Shown: piece by piece, positions 41,035 through 49,611 of the stretch
Layout: every line of letters begins with the position of its first letter
Numbering within the stretch: position 1 is the first letter of the stretch
Assembly (NCBI GenBank): GCA_002011125.2
Contig: MTMF02000009.1
Coordinates: 1,800,989 to 1,864,988, forward strand
Reading direction: 5' to 3'
Source of the DNA: Candidatus Hydrothermarchaeum profundi
GTDB lineage: Archaea > Hydrothermarchaeota > Hydrothermarchaeia > Hydrothermarchaeales > Hydrothermarchaeaceae
DNA length: 64,000 nt
Program-made: the position numbers and the translations under genes
Notes under the pieces: generated by a model
The model's input: only the letters and a program-made list of their open reading frames with translations
The model's database searches: none
What the model was told of the DNA's origin: nothing

Positions 41035-42065
41035 TAATCCTCTTTTCTTTCACCACCTTCTTCTTTTCCTATTAATCTTATTACAATGCCTCCTATAATT
41101 GAGAGAATTATTATACTTAATATAATGCCTGAGAAAATTAAATATTGTGGAATTACCTTTGTTTCTTTTTCAGCGGGTTCTTTGGTTTCTCCGCTTGGAA
41201 CTTCGGACTCTAATCCAAGGGAAACCTTAGCTATGGTTATATATCTGCGAGCAGCTTCCAATTCCACTTCGGCCTTTTCATTATTCCCCTGCACCAAGTT
41301 ATCTATGGATTCCCCGAGGGTAGTTTTTGCTCTATCAACATAGTTTTCCGCTACTACAACGTCTTCCCCAGCGCTTTTTCTAAAATTTATTTCATTAGTG
41401 AGCTTCTCTATTTCGCCATCAGCCTCTATTATATCATAAAGCTTGGGTTCCTCCCTAAATTTCACAATTATTTGTTGGGTTATAGTCACATCCTCAAATA
41501 TGGCTACAAAGTGGTCTTCAAAGCCGCTGACACCCTGCCAAAGTTCTCTCCAAGGCTCTGGCTCGTATTCAACAGGAAGCTGGCCTACTGGAAAGTGAAC
41601 TTTAATTGTTCCCGCACCTATCTGAACCGGAACTTTACTTCCATCCTCGAGTATAGCTGTTGGCTTAGAAAAACTCAGAGTAGTGGTGGAAATCCCGTTC
41701 GTTGTTCTGGTGAGTCCCTCTGTAGAGAACTTTAAAAAAATCTCTCTTGAAGCTCCTTTTTCAATAGGTCTACTGAATATTATTTCGAACTTCGATTTAT
41801 CATCTATGGCGGAGGATTTTACAGTAAAGGTCTCATTTTCAAATCTTTCCTCTTCGGGTATATAGTCTGCATACTTCGCATTAATAATAAGCTCTATACC
41901 AACAACCTTCATTTCCATGTTATTAGTTAATAGAAAATTGAAATCCAAATTTTCTTTCAAAAGATTATAAGAAACTGAGGCTTGCCATCTGTCAACGCTT
42001 ACAGAGCCCTGAGCCGCGACAACCGGGAAAAACAAGAACAAAGCCAAAAAAAACAAAAACCTCAC
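41034..42065 (-). CDS. Membrane-anchored surface protein, copy B
   Basis: Same signal peptide as copy A, shared PWRELWQGVSGFEDHFVAIF, C-terminal TM. Confidence 0.75.
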   Translation of the reverse strand: MRFLFFLALFLFFPVVAAQGSVSVDRWQASVSYNLLKENLDFNFLLTNNMEMKVVGIELIINAKYADYIPEEERFENETFTVKSSAIDDKSKFEIIFSRPIEKGASREIFLKFSTEGLTRTTNGISTTTLSFSKPTAILEDGSKVPVQIGAGTIKVHFPVGQLPVEYEPEPWRELWQGVSGFEDHFVAIFEDVTITQQIIVKFREEPKLYDIIEADGEIEKLTNEINFRKSAGEDVVVAENYVDRAKTTLGESIDNLVQGNNEKAEVELEAARRYITIAKVSLGLESEVPSGETKEPAEKETKVIPQYLIFSGIILSIIILSIIGGIVIRLIGKEEGGERKED

Positions 42066-42661
42066 TCCCCCACCCCCCTCAACAACTCCTCAACATTAGC
42101 CATAGTAGGCTGATGAATCCTGCCAACACTACCAACATGACAGCTACCGCAAGAACCAGACCCCTTAACAACATGGATCTCAATATAATTACCATCAAAA
42201 TGACACTGCTCACAAACCAAGAGATCCCCCGGCCTCACAGAAGGAATAGTCACACCCCCGGCCTCACTAAAACTATGACAATCCGTACAATCCAAAAGCC
42301 CCTTATCCAAACGAGCCTCATGAATCCTATGAATAGAAACCCCATGACAAGTCGTACAAACCTTAGGAGTCCTATTCCTAAGAGAATCCAGCTTAGTGAT
42401 ATCCCTCACATTATGAAAGCCCTCAACCCTACCATGACAATCCGGACAAGAAATAGACAACCCAGAAGCCTCAGCAGACTTCTCCACCACGGGAGCAACA
42501 CCCCCGGCCTCAGACCTAGCCCTCTCCAACTCAGACAAATAATACTGAACAGTCTTATCCAAAACCTGGCCATAATAAACCGAAGCCCCCGCATAAGTAA
42601 TCACGGCGCTCAAGCCCATCATCACCAACAAGACAACAACAACACCAAACGTCCTAGCCAT
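42062..42661 (-). CDS. Membrane-anchored pentaheme c-type cytochrome, copy B
   Basis: Five CxxCH; identical to copy A except the first residues; AGGAGAGG SD. Confidence 0.88.
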   Translation of the reverse strand: MARTFGVVVVLLVMMGLSAVITYAGASVYYGQVLDKTVQYYLSELERARSEAGGVAPVVEKSAEASGLSISCPDCHGRVEGFHNVRDITKLDSLRNRTPKVCTTCHGVSIHRIHEARLDKGLLDCTDCHSFSEAGGVTIPSVRPGDLLVCEQCHFDGNYIEIHVVKGSGSCGSCHVGSVGRIHQPTMANVEELLRGVGE

Positions 42662-42757
42662 TGGGTTCCTCTCCTTTCCTTTACTGTCAAGAAAAATGCA
42701 TTAAGCCTTTTTAAATTTTATTGAAATTTTCTTCAATGTTTTGGATTTCACCGCAAC

Positions 42758-43249
42758 CTATAAAAGTTTTTTTCTTGCCTTCAAAAAAAAGCCGCAAACC
42801 CAAGGAGTTTTAAAGTCTTGGTACGTCCACTCAAAATAGTTACATCCATTCTTCTTAAAGGTTAAAGTGACCTCAGCGTATATTCCTTCCCCTAAATATA
42901 TTCTATGAGGGAACTCTTTGGTTGTCGCCAGAACTAAGTTTGCTTTGGTTATGTAACCCGGATCTATGTTTATCCTCCTTTTTCCATTAACTGCAAATTC
43001 TTTTTCTAGATTGTTAGTATACTTCTTGATAGACGCAAGTTCTCCGCGATCTATGATCCTCTCAAAAATAATAAATCTTTTTATTAGAGGTCTGCCCATC
43101 TCTTTAAAATAATACTCTGTAAAATCAAAGTTAAAGGGATTGCTTTTCGTTTCTATTTTGCCAAATTTTTCCACCATCCTATCAAGTGCTACCATATATG
43201 TTTCTTCATCCCTGTATAACAAGCCCACGAAGAGTTTTGCAGGAACCAA
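42758..43249 (-). CDS. DUF4416-like protein
   Basis: TEYY..EMG, RRINIDPGY, LATTK...HRIYLG.GIYAEVTL. Confidence 0.75.
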   Translation of the reverse strand: MVPAKLFVGLLYRDEETYMVALDRMVEKFGKIETKSNPFNFDFTEYYFKEMGRPLIKRFIIFERIIDRGELASIKKYTNNLEKEFAVNGKRRINIDPGYITKANLVLATTKEFPHRIYLGEGIYAEVTLTFKKNGCNYFEWTYQDFKTPWVCGFFLKARKKLL

Positions 43250-43309
43250 AGCTAATCACCCTAAAATTTAAATACAGTAAATGAACGATAAAAAATTGGG
43301 TGAATTCAT

Positions 43310-44422
43310 ATTCAAACTTATCTAGATGAATGGATCGGTATTAGGACTAGAGAAGTAAAAGAGAAAGAAGAAATTTTCCGTGAGGCTAGGCCAGCGAGAC
43401 TTATAAAACTTGAGCCTGCGGGATTCCCTCTCAGAGACAGCAAAACCTATTCCATAAATATGGGGGATGAAAAGCTCTTCGAAATATATGCTAAGGAGCA
43501 GTGGATGGGCAACACTATCTCTGTCGGGGATTATCTCTTCGACCAGAGGATTATACCGGATTTTGCATTTAAAGTTATAAAAGTGATCCCAAGAGGCGAA
43601 GTCACGATAACAGAGGATACTAGGATACGATTGAAAGGTGACGAAAGAAGAGAAATTAAAGGCATACGATATACTTTCAGCGATATTGTAGGCCACTCAG
43701 AGGTAAAAAAGAAGTGCAAAATAATAATAAAATACCTACGGAATCCTAATACCTTTGGAGAATGGGCTCCTAAGAATGTCCTATTTTACGGGCCTCCAGG
43801 CACAGGCAAAACGATGACTGCTAAGGCTCTTGCTACTGAGACAGATTCCTCGCTTTATTTGATAAGAGCTACTGATCTCATAGGCGAATATGTAGGAGAC
43901 GGGGCGAAGAAAATCCATGAATTATTCAAAAAAGCATCATCTACCGCTCCTTCAGTTATATTTCTCGACGAGCTAGATGCAATCGGCTTAGATAGATCCT
44001 ATCAGGTCATACGAGGGGATGTCTCAGAAGTAGTAAATGCTTTGTTAACGGAGCTTGAGGGATTACATGAGAATAAAGGTGTGGTGACAATAGCAGCCAC
44101 GAATAACCCTGCAATTTTAGACTATGCTCTAAGGAGCAGGTTCGAAGAGGAGATGGAGTTTAAGCTACCGAATCCAAAAGAAAGACTTGAAATACTTAGG
44201 AAATATTCTAAAAAACTGCCGTTGAAGTTAGAAGCAGACATTAGAGAATATGTCGGAAAAACGGAGGGATTTTCTGGCAGGGATTTAAAGGAGAAACTTC
44301 TTAAAGCTGCGCTTCATCGAGCTATTTTGGAAGATTCCAACGTGATCACCCAAAAGCATCTTGAGGATGCTTTTAAAGCGGTGCCACCTAAATCTAGTCC
44401 TCCGAAAGAGATGTTTACATAA
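43310..44422 (+). CDS. AAA+ ATPase, archaeal COG1223/MJ1494 family (start uncertain: ATT 43310 or ATG 43460)
   Basis: YAKEQW, GDYLFD, WAPKNVLFYGPPGTGKT, FLDELD, ALRSRFEEE; conserved LEPAGFP lies upstream of the first ATG. Confidence 0.85.
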   Translation: MQTYLDEWIGIRTREVKEKEEIFREARPARLIKLEPAGFPLRDSKTYSINMGDEKLFEIYAKEQWMGNTISVGDYLFDQRIIPDFAFKVIKVIPRGEVTITEDTRIRLKGDERREIKGIRYTFSDIVGHSEVKKKCKIIIKYLRNPNTFGEWAPKNVLFYGPPGTGKTMTAKALATETDSSLYLIRATDLIGEYVGDGAKKIHELFKKASSTAPSVIFLDELDAIGLDRSYQVIRGDVSEVVNALLTELEGLHENKGVVTIAATNNPAILDYALRSRFEEEMEFKLPNPKERLEILRKYSKKLPLKLEADIREYVGKTEGFSGRDLKEKLLKAALHRAILEDSNVITQKHLEDAFKAVPPKSSPPKEMFT

Positions 44423-44855
44423 CTAGATTTACATCTTCCTTGAAACATTGAAAGACTATACTTGTTCTTATTTCACTTAGACCTCTGATGGCCGTTAATT
44501 TTTTCTCCACAATTTCTCTCAATGTGGCTGTATCCTTGGTCCTAATTTTTATTATAATGTCGTAGTCTCCAACCGTAGTATACACCTCAGATACATCATC
44601 TAATTTTGCAAGCTCCTCTGCAATTGAATTCGTCTTTCCTACCTCACATCTTATATTGATTAGTGCCGTTATGCCTTTTCCGTATGCATTTTGATCTACA
44701 AGTACTGTAAAGCTCCTTATAACCTTGTCTTCAAGCTTTTTTATCCTTTTATGCACAGCTACATCAGAGATCTTTACGCTTTTAGCGATATCTTTGTAAG
44801 GCATTCGAGAATTTTTTTTCAAAACCTCAAGGATTTTTTCATCAATTTCATCCAT
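44415..44855 (-). CDS. Lrp/AsnC transcriptional regulator
   Basis: DEIDEKIL..L..NSR...IA HTH; EVYTTVGDYDI RAM domain. Confidence 0.92.
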   Translation of the reverse strand: MDEIDEKILEVLKKNSRMPYKDIAKSVKISDVAVHKRIKKLEDKVIRSFTVLVDQNAYGKGITALINIRCEVGKTNSIAEELAKLDDVSEVYTTVGDYDIIIKIRTKDTATLREIVEKKLTAIRGLSEIRTSIVFQCFKEDVNLVM

Positions 44856-45054
44856 CCAAAACCTCCAAGTTAATCTTTCTAACCCAACCTAAGGATTTAT
44901 TTTTAACTAATATGATTAAGTTTGATTATCTATAAAAATATTTGCTATATGGTTAATAAATAAACTTCGAAACGTTTTTATATCTTTCTTCCTATTATTA
45001 CCTTAATAGTTTGAAGCTTATTTGTTCGAGAGTCTAAAAGTTGGTGGGTCGGTA

Positions 45055-47259
45055 ATGGCAGTAGCAAGGCGTGAAGTAAGGGTAGTAAAGGCATCTGGAG
45101 ATGTAGAGCCGTTCTCACCTAACGTAATAAAAAATGAGTGCATAGAAGCAGGAATTGAAGAGTTCACCGCTACAGAAGTTGCACTAGAAGTGGCAAAGCG
45201 CGTTTATGACGGAATATCTACTAGAGACATCCAACTGACTACACTAGAAATACTCTATGAGAAGGACCCGATAGCTGCTGACCGATATCATCGCTTTCAT
45301 AGTATGCATGTTAGGACTTCAAAGAACACTATTGAGGCTTTTGACAGGCGTAGGATAGTTTCCTCTTTAATCCTTGAAACAGGTCTACCTAAAGAATTGG
45401 CAGAACAAGTAGCGAGAGAGGCTGAGTCTGAGATAAGAAGGTTGAAGCTTGACTTCATATCAAGCCCCCTTATAAGGGAGATTGTGAATGTAAAACTCCT
45501 AGAGCACGGATTTGAAAAAGCTAGAGCCGACTACACAAGGTTAGGAATGCCTGTCTATGATGCTACTCAACTTATAAAAAGCTCGAATAACGGAAATTTA
45601 CAGAAAAACCCTGAAACTATACACAAGCTGATAGCAGATCAGGTATTTCGGGAGTACTCTCTTCTTAAGGTCCTTCCACTTCATCTAGCCGATGCCCATA
45701 TGCGTGGCGATATATATATCCACGATTTAGAGTACTTTCCAACCCGTCCCTATTGTGCTCACCATGATTTGAGATGGTTTCTGCGTAATGGATTAAAAAT
45801 TGAAGGTACCACTAACGTAGCAGGGCCTGCAAAAAAAGCCGAAGTAGCAATATTACATGCAGCTAAGGTTCTATTTGCCGCTCAGAGCAACTACTCAGGA
45901 TGCCAGGGAATGGACTTCCTCACTGTATGGCTCGCCCCGTATATCGAGGAATCAAGCTATGAAAGAATCAAACAGCTTGCACAGATGCTCATTTATGAGA
46001 TGTCACAAATCTACATAGGACGAGATGGCCAAAGTACCATAGGTATAGAATACGGTGTTCCAGAGATCTTACAGGACGTACCAGCGATTCTTCCTGGAGG
46101 GAGAACTAAAAATGGAATAACATATGGAGACTATGAAGAAGAAGCAAGACTTTTTGCAAAGGCACTAACAGAAGTTTATTTAGAGGGAGACTATTTCGGG
46201 AAACCTTTCCTACTGCCAAGACCAAACTATAAGTTGAGGAAAGAGAACCTGAACAAAGAAGGCTATGAGGATTTCATGATATTAGTGCACCGCGTAGCCG
46301 GCAAATTTGGCACCCCAAATTTCATAAACTTTCACGCAGAATATCTTTCTAATAGCATATTCACACAATACTATAGGTGGGCAGTCCAACACCGGGACGA
46401 CTTTGTTAATGGTTACTTACATGCAAGCATCCTTCAAGTAGTCACTATAAACCTGCCTAGAATATCATATGAGGCAGAAGGCGACTTAAGCAAATTCTAT
46501 GAGTTGTTAGACGAAAAACTGAGCTTAGCTAGGGAAGCCATAGAAATAAAAAGAGAAGTTATAAGGGAGAGGCTTAGGCAGAAACTACTACCGTTCCTAA
46601 GTCAGAAGACAGAAGATGGAAAGCCATATTTTAGACTCGAAGAAGTAGCACATGGTATAGGCTACGTCGGATTAAACGAGGCAGTACAAAGCATTACTGG
46701 CTCAGAAATGCATGAGAGTATTACTTCCTGGAATCTCGGATTGAAGCTAGTAAGATATATGTCCAAAACCACGAAAACCTGGAGCGAAGAATCCGGTCTA
46801 AGATGGGTGCTAACACAAGCTCCGGATATATCCACCGCAAATAGACTTGCGAAACTGGATTATGGGCAGTTTCCTGGGAAGGCTATAGTTAGAGGCGACT
46901 TGGATTCTGGAAGAATTTATTACACTGATTCCTCGCAAGTCAGGCCTGATGCAGATATATCCCTTCTTGATAGGCTTAAGTTAGAGGGAGCTTTTCATCC
47001 TATAGCGTCTGGGGGAATAATGTCTCAGGCTTCAGCCGATGAAAGTATAAACGAGGAAGATTTGTCAAAATTAACGGAGGAGATAATCTCGAAAACTCAC
47101 GTAGGATACTGGTACTATGTAAAGGATGTAACGCGTTGCAACGTTTGTGGTAAATTTTCCAGAGGATTAACAAACTACTGCCATGCTTGTGGATCAACAA
47201 CGGTAGAGCACTACTCTAATAAAATCGGATACTCCTCCCAGAATTATGAATTTAGGTGA
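45055..47259 (+). CDS. Class III (anaerobic) ribonucleotide reductase NrdD paralogue with two ATP-cones; catalytic motifs substituted
   Basis: Two ATP-cones, ADAHMRGDIYIHDLEY, TINLPR, GYVGLNE, C-terminal CxxC/CxxC; finger loop reads TQYYR. Confidence 0.85.
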   Translation: MAVARREVRVVKASGDVEPFSPNVIKNECIEAGIEEFTATEVALEVAKRVYDGISTRDIQLTTLEILYEKDPIAADRYHRFHSMHVRTSKNTIEAFDRRRIVSSLILETGLPKELAEQVAREAESEIRRLKLDFISSPLIREIVNVKLLEHGFEKARADYTRLGMPVYDATQLIKSSNNGNLQKNPETIHKLIADQVFREYSLLKVLPLHLADAHMRGDIYIHDLEYFPTRPYCAHHDLRWFLRNGLKIEGTTNVAGPAKKAEVAILHAAKVLFAAQSNYSGCQGMDFLTVWLAPYIEESSYERIKQLAQMLIYEMSQIYIGRDGQSTIGIEYGVPEILQDVPAILPGGRTKNGITYGDYEEEARLFAKALTEVYLEGDYFGKPFLLPRPNYKLRKENLNKEGYEDFMILVHRVAGKFGTPNFINFHAEYLSNSIFTQYYRWAVQHRDDFVNGYLHASILQVVTINLPRISYEAEGDLSKFYELLDEKLSLAREAIEIKREVIRERLRQKLLPFLSQKTEDGKPYFRLEEVAHGIGYVGLNEAVQSITGSEMHESITSWNLGLKLVRYMSKTTKTWSEESGLRWVLTQAPDISTANRLAKLDYGQFPGKAIVRGDLDSGRIYYTDSSQVRPDADISLLDRLKLEGAFHPIASGGIMSQASADESINEEDLSKLTEEIISKTHVGYWYYVKDVTRCNVCGKFSRGLTNYCHACGSTTVEHYSNKIGYSSQNYEFR

Positions 47260-47263
47260 ATCT

Positions 47264-47419
47264 ATGAGTGTAGAAGAAGAGATGCGGTATTCTGCTTATA
47301 AGCAGAGGCTTTTGGAGGAGATACTTCAGATCATAAAGATTAGCCGGCGAAGTCCATGTTTTGAAAACTTTACGAAAATAGATGTAGAACTAGAGAGGAA
47401 TGAAATATGGTTGAATTAG
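47264..47419 (+). CDS. Unannotated 51-aa protein directly downstream of the nrdD paralogue
   Basis: AGGTGA SD overlapping the upstream stop; MSVEEEMRYSAYKQRLLEEILQIIKISRRSPCFENFTKIDVELERNEIWLN. Confidence 0.55.
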   Translation: MSVEEEMRYSAYKQRLLEEILQIIKISRRSPCFENFTKIDVELERNEIWLN

Positions 47420-47463
47420 CCCTGCCAACTAAGTTAAAATATGCGGATAAGAGGGTGTGATAA

Positions 47464-47787
47464 GTGTTAGTAGACGTTGTACTGGACGTTAACATCCCTA
47501 AAAAAGTGAAAAAACTAAACAACGGCTATAGGACTCTGCATATAGGAGACATAGATACTCAGATGAAGGATGAAGAGATTCTTCACCTGACTCGTAAGTT
47601 AGGATGTATAATAGTGACTCATGATAGAGAACTAGCGATAAAAACATCCAAAAAAGGAAGAGTATTATTTATAAAAGAGAATTTACCTGCAGAGGACATT
47701 ATAAGATGTCTTGAGAAAAATGGAAGCTTGCTGAGAACGGCAAGCATTTTCTGCGAAAATGAAACCAAATGCAAAAACTGCAAATAG
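47464..47787 (+). CDS. PIN-like (DUF5615/Mut7-C) domain protein
   Basis: VLDVNIP, DEEIL, IIVTHDREL. Confidence 0.65.
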   Translation: MLVDVVLDVNIPKKVKKLNNGYRTLHIGDIDTQMKDEEILHLTRKLGCIIVTHDRELAIKTSKKGRVLFIKENLPAEDIIRCLEKNGSLLRTASIFCENETKCKNCK

Positions 47788-47919
47788 GATGGTCCTGAGT
47801 TCATCACTCAGGATAGGGAGGGCTTCCACAGGGGATAGCTTGCTCTGCCCACTCCACCTCCAACAAACCCCTTATTTTTATCCCCTAGCCCCCCCTACTA
47901 CTTTTCTACGAAGGGGACT

Positions 47920-48897
47920 ATGAAGAAACTTGCACTTGTTCTACTGCTAGTTTTAACTGGTTGTATGAGTAGTCCCAAGTCGGAAATCACAAACTGGCCT
48001 AATGGCTATAAGGCGGCTGTATGCCCAACTTTTGAGGCTGAAACAGCTGGAGTAGAAGAGTTTAGAATCCTTACTAGAGCTTTAGGCACTACTAATGCTA
48101 CGTTTTTCATTGTAGCCGGGTATTATCAAGATGACCCGAGAGCTCTTTACCTTATAAGAGACTATGAAATCGCTAGTCTAGATTGGAATCAGAAAGAATG
48201 GAGAGAGTATTACGACTCAGAAGGCTTTCAAGAAGATAGCATTAGAAGGGCTCAGGAATGGTTCAGAAAAATTGGGTATAATCCAGCAGGATTCAGAGCC
48301 CCGTTGCTACTTAGTAATAGAGAAACTATCAAAGCTCTTGAAGTTCACGGCTATAAATACGACTCTTCTCAATATTTCGGGTTCCTCCCCTATACAATCA
48401 ACGGAGTAGTCGAGATACCTCTGTCTCTGAATTTTGACCCTTTGTGGAACAATGCATCACGCGAATATTCGCTATTACCTGTTCACCTAGTGTTTCAAAA
48501 AACGTATGATGAGGGGGGATTATTCACATTCACTTCACATGTATCCAAGGCAAGCCAAAATATAGAGGATTTGACCCGCCTTCTAGAGTTTATTAAATCT
48601 AGGAAAAGTGTTTGGATTGCCTCATGCAATGAGATAGCAGACTGGTGGCTGAAGAGAGAAAATCTAGAACTTAAAAGCGAGATGACTCTAATCACCGTAA
48701 AGAACAACAACAAAGAAAAAGTAGAAGGCATTACCATAAAAGTTAGCCCGAAGAAAGAAGTAATTGGAGCGGTTTCAACTTGGGAAGAGGGAGACTCAAC
48801 GTATGCCATATTGCCCCCTATTAATCCTGGGGAAGAAGTTGATTTGCAGATAGTTACCAATCCTTCCTTCCTCGAACGTCTCTTTTGGTGGGTATAA
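47920..48897 (+). CDS. Lipoprotein, polysaccharide deacetylase (NodB-like) fold
   Basis: Lipobox LTGC; WPNGYKAAV, ATFF, GFRAP, YDSS; metal-binding residues look degenerate. Confidence 0.7.
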   Translation: MKKLALVLLLVLTGCMSSPKSEITNWPNGYKAAVCPTFEAETAGVEEFRILTRALGTTNATFFIVAGYYQDDPRALYLIRDYEIASLDWNQKEWREYYDSEGFQEDSIRRAQEWFRKIGYNPAGFRAPLLLSNRETIKALEVHGYKYDSSQYFGFLPYTINGVVEIPLSLNFDPLWNNASREYSLLPVHLVFQKTYDEGGLFTFTSHVSKASQNIEDLTRLLEFIKSRKSVWIASCNEIADWWLKRENLELKSEMTLITVKNNNKEKVEGITIKVSPKKEVIGAVSTWEEGDSTYAILPPINPGEEVDLQIVTNPSFLERLFWWV

Positions 48898-49564
48898 AGG
48901 CTTTACTACTCCTAATCTTGTAAGGACAATCTTTGCCCTGTGGGCTATCTCTAACCTCGTTCTCTGGGCAGACGGACATTATTTTGCCTCTACATTCTAC
49001 ACTTTCGAAAATCTCTGGGTAAATTTTTACCACAATATCCCTAATCTTTTTGGCAAGCTCTCTAATTTCAGGAGAAGCCCTTACACAGAGGCGAAGACCA
49101 AGGAAATTAATCAAGCTTCGGGCATTTACCGTCCATACGTAATTAGTATGCACTGCCATAGGTAGGACATATCGTCTAGACTCCCTAGAAATCCCCATAT
49201 CTCTAAGCTCTACGTAGGTTTTAGAGAGCTCTCTCATAGCCTTCTTATAATTCTCCAAAGCTCTCTTATTCTTCAATATTTCAGTAGGTATATAGTAACC
49301 AAAGTCCTCTTCTTCTTGGTATCTTGTAGATCTTGCTGTATGAGACGCTATCCTGTGCTCCAGCAACTCCCTACTGAGAGCCACGCTTATTCCGGAAAGG
49401 TTGAAAGTGAAAGATATGTGCTCCAATGCACTTGAGTAGTCGTTCTCAACTATCATTCTAACTATCTCTTCATCGCTCATGCCTCCTGGGACACCACTCA
49501 CCCTAGCTGACTGGGCTACTAGCTCTATTCCTCCCTCGGTATATTTCAACAGCTCTACCTTCAT
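48854..49564 (-). CDS. thyX: Flavin-dependent thymidylate synthase
   Basis: SALEH, EHRIASHTARSTRY, N.RSL..F..LRLC.RA..EIR. Confidence 0.9.
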   Translation of the reverse strand: MKVELLKYTEGGIELVAQSARVSGVPGGMSDEEIVRMIVENDYSSALEHISFTFNLSGISVALSRELLEHRIASHTARSTRYQEEEDFGYYIPTEILKNKRALENYKKAMRELSKTYVELRDMGISRESRRYVLPMAVHTNYVWTVNARSLINFLGLRLCVRASPEIRELAKKIRDIVVKIYPEIFESVECRGKIMSVCPENEVRDSPQGKDCPYKIRSSKAFIPTKRDVRGRKDW

Positions 49565-49611
49565 TTTACACCCAAAAATTTTACTTTCTCTAAAGGCATT
49601 TAAATACTTCT

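Larger units (their letters stand above)
40334..42655. repeat. 683-bp direct repeat (40334-41016 and 41973-42655), offset 1639 bp
   Basis: Reads as identical; covers the cytochrome gene and the first ~31 codons of the downstream gene. Confidence 0.95.

Noticed and set aside
40474-42724. Long plus-strand ORFs 40474-41037 and 42113-42724 (N/T/P/H-rich)
   Set aside because: Antisense shadows of the cytochrome genes, caused by the A/C skew that depletes stop codons
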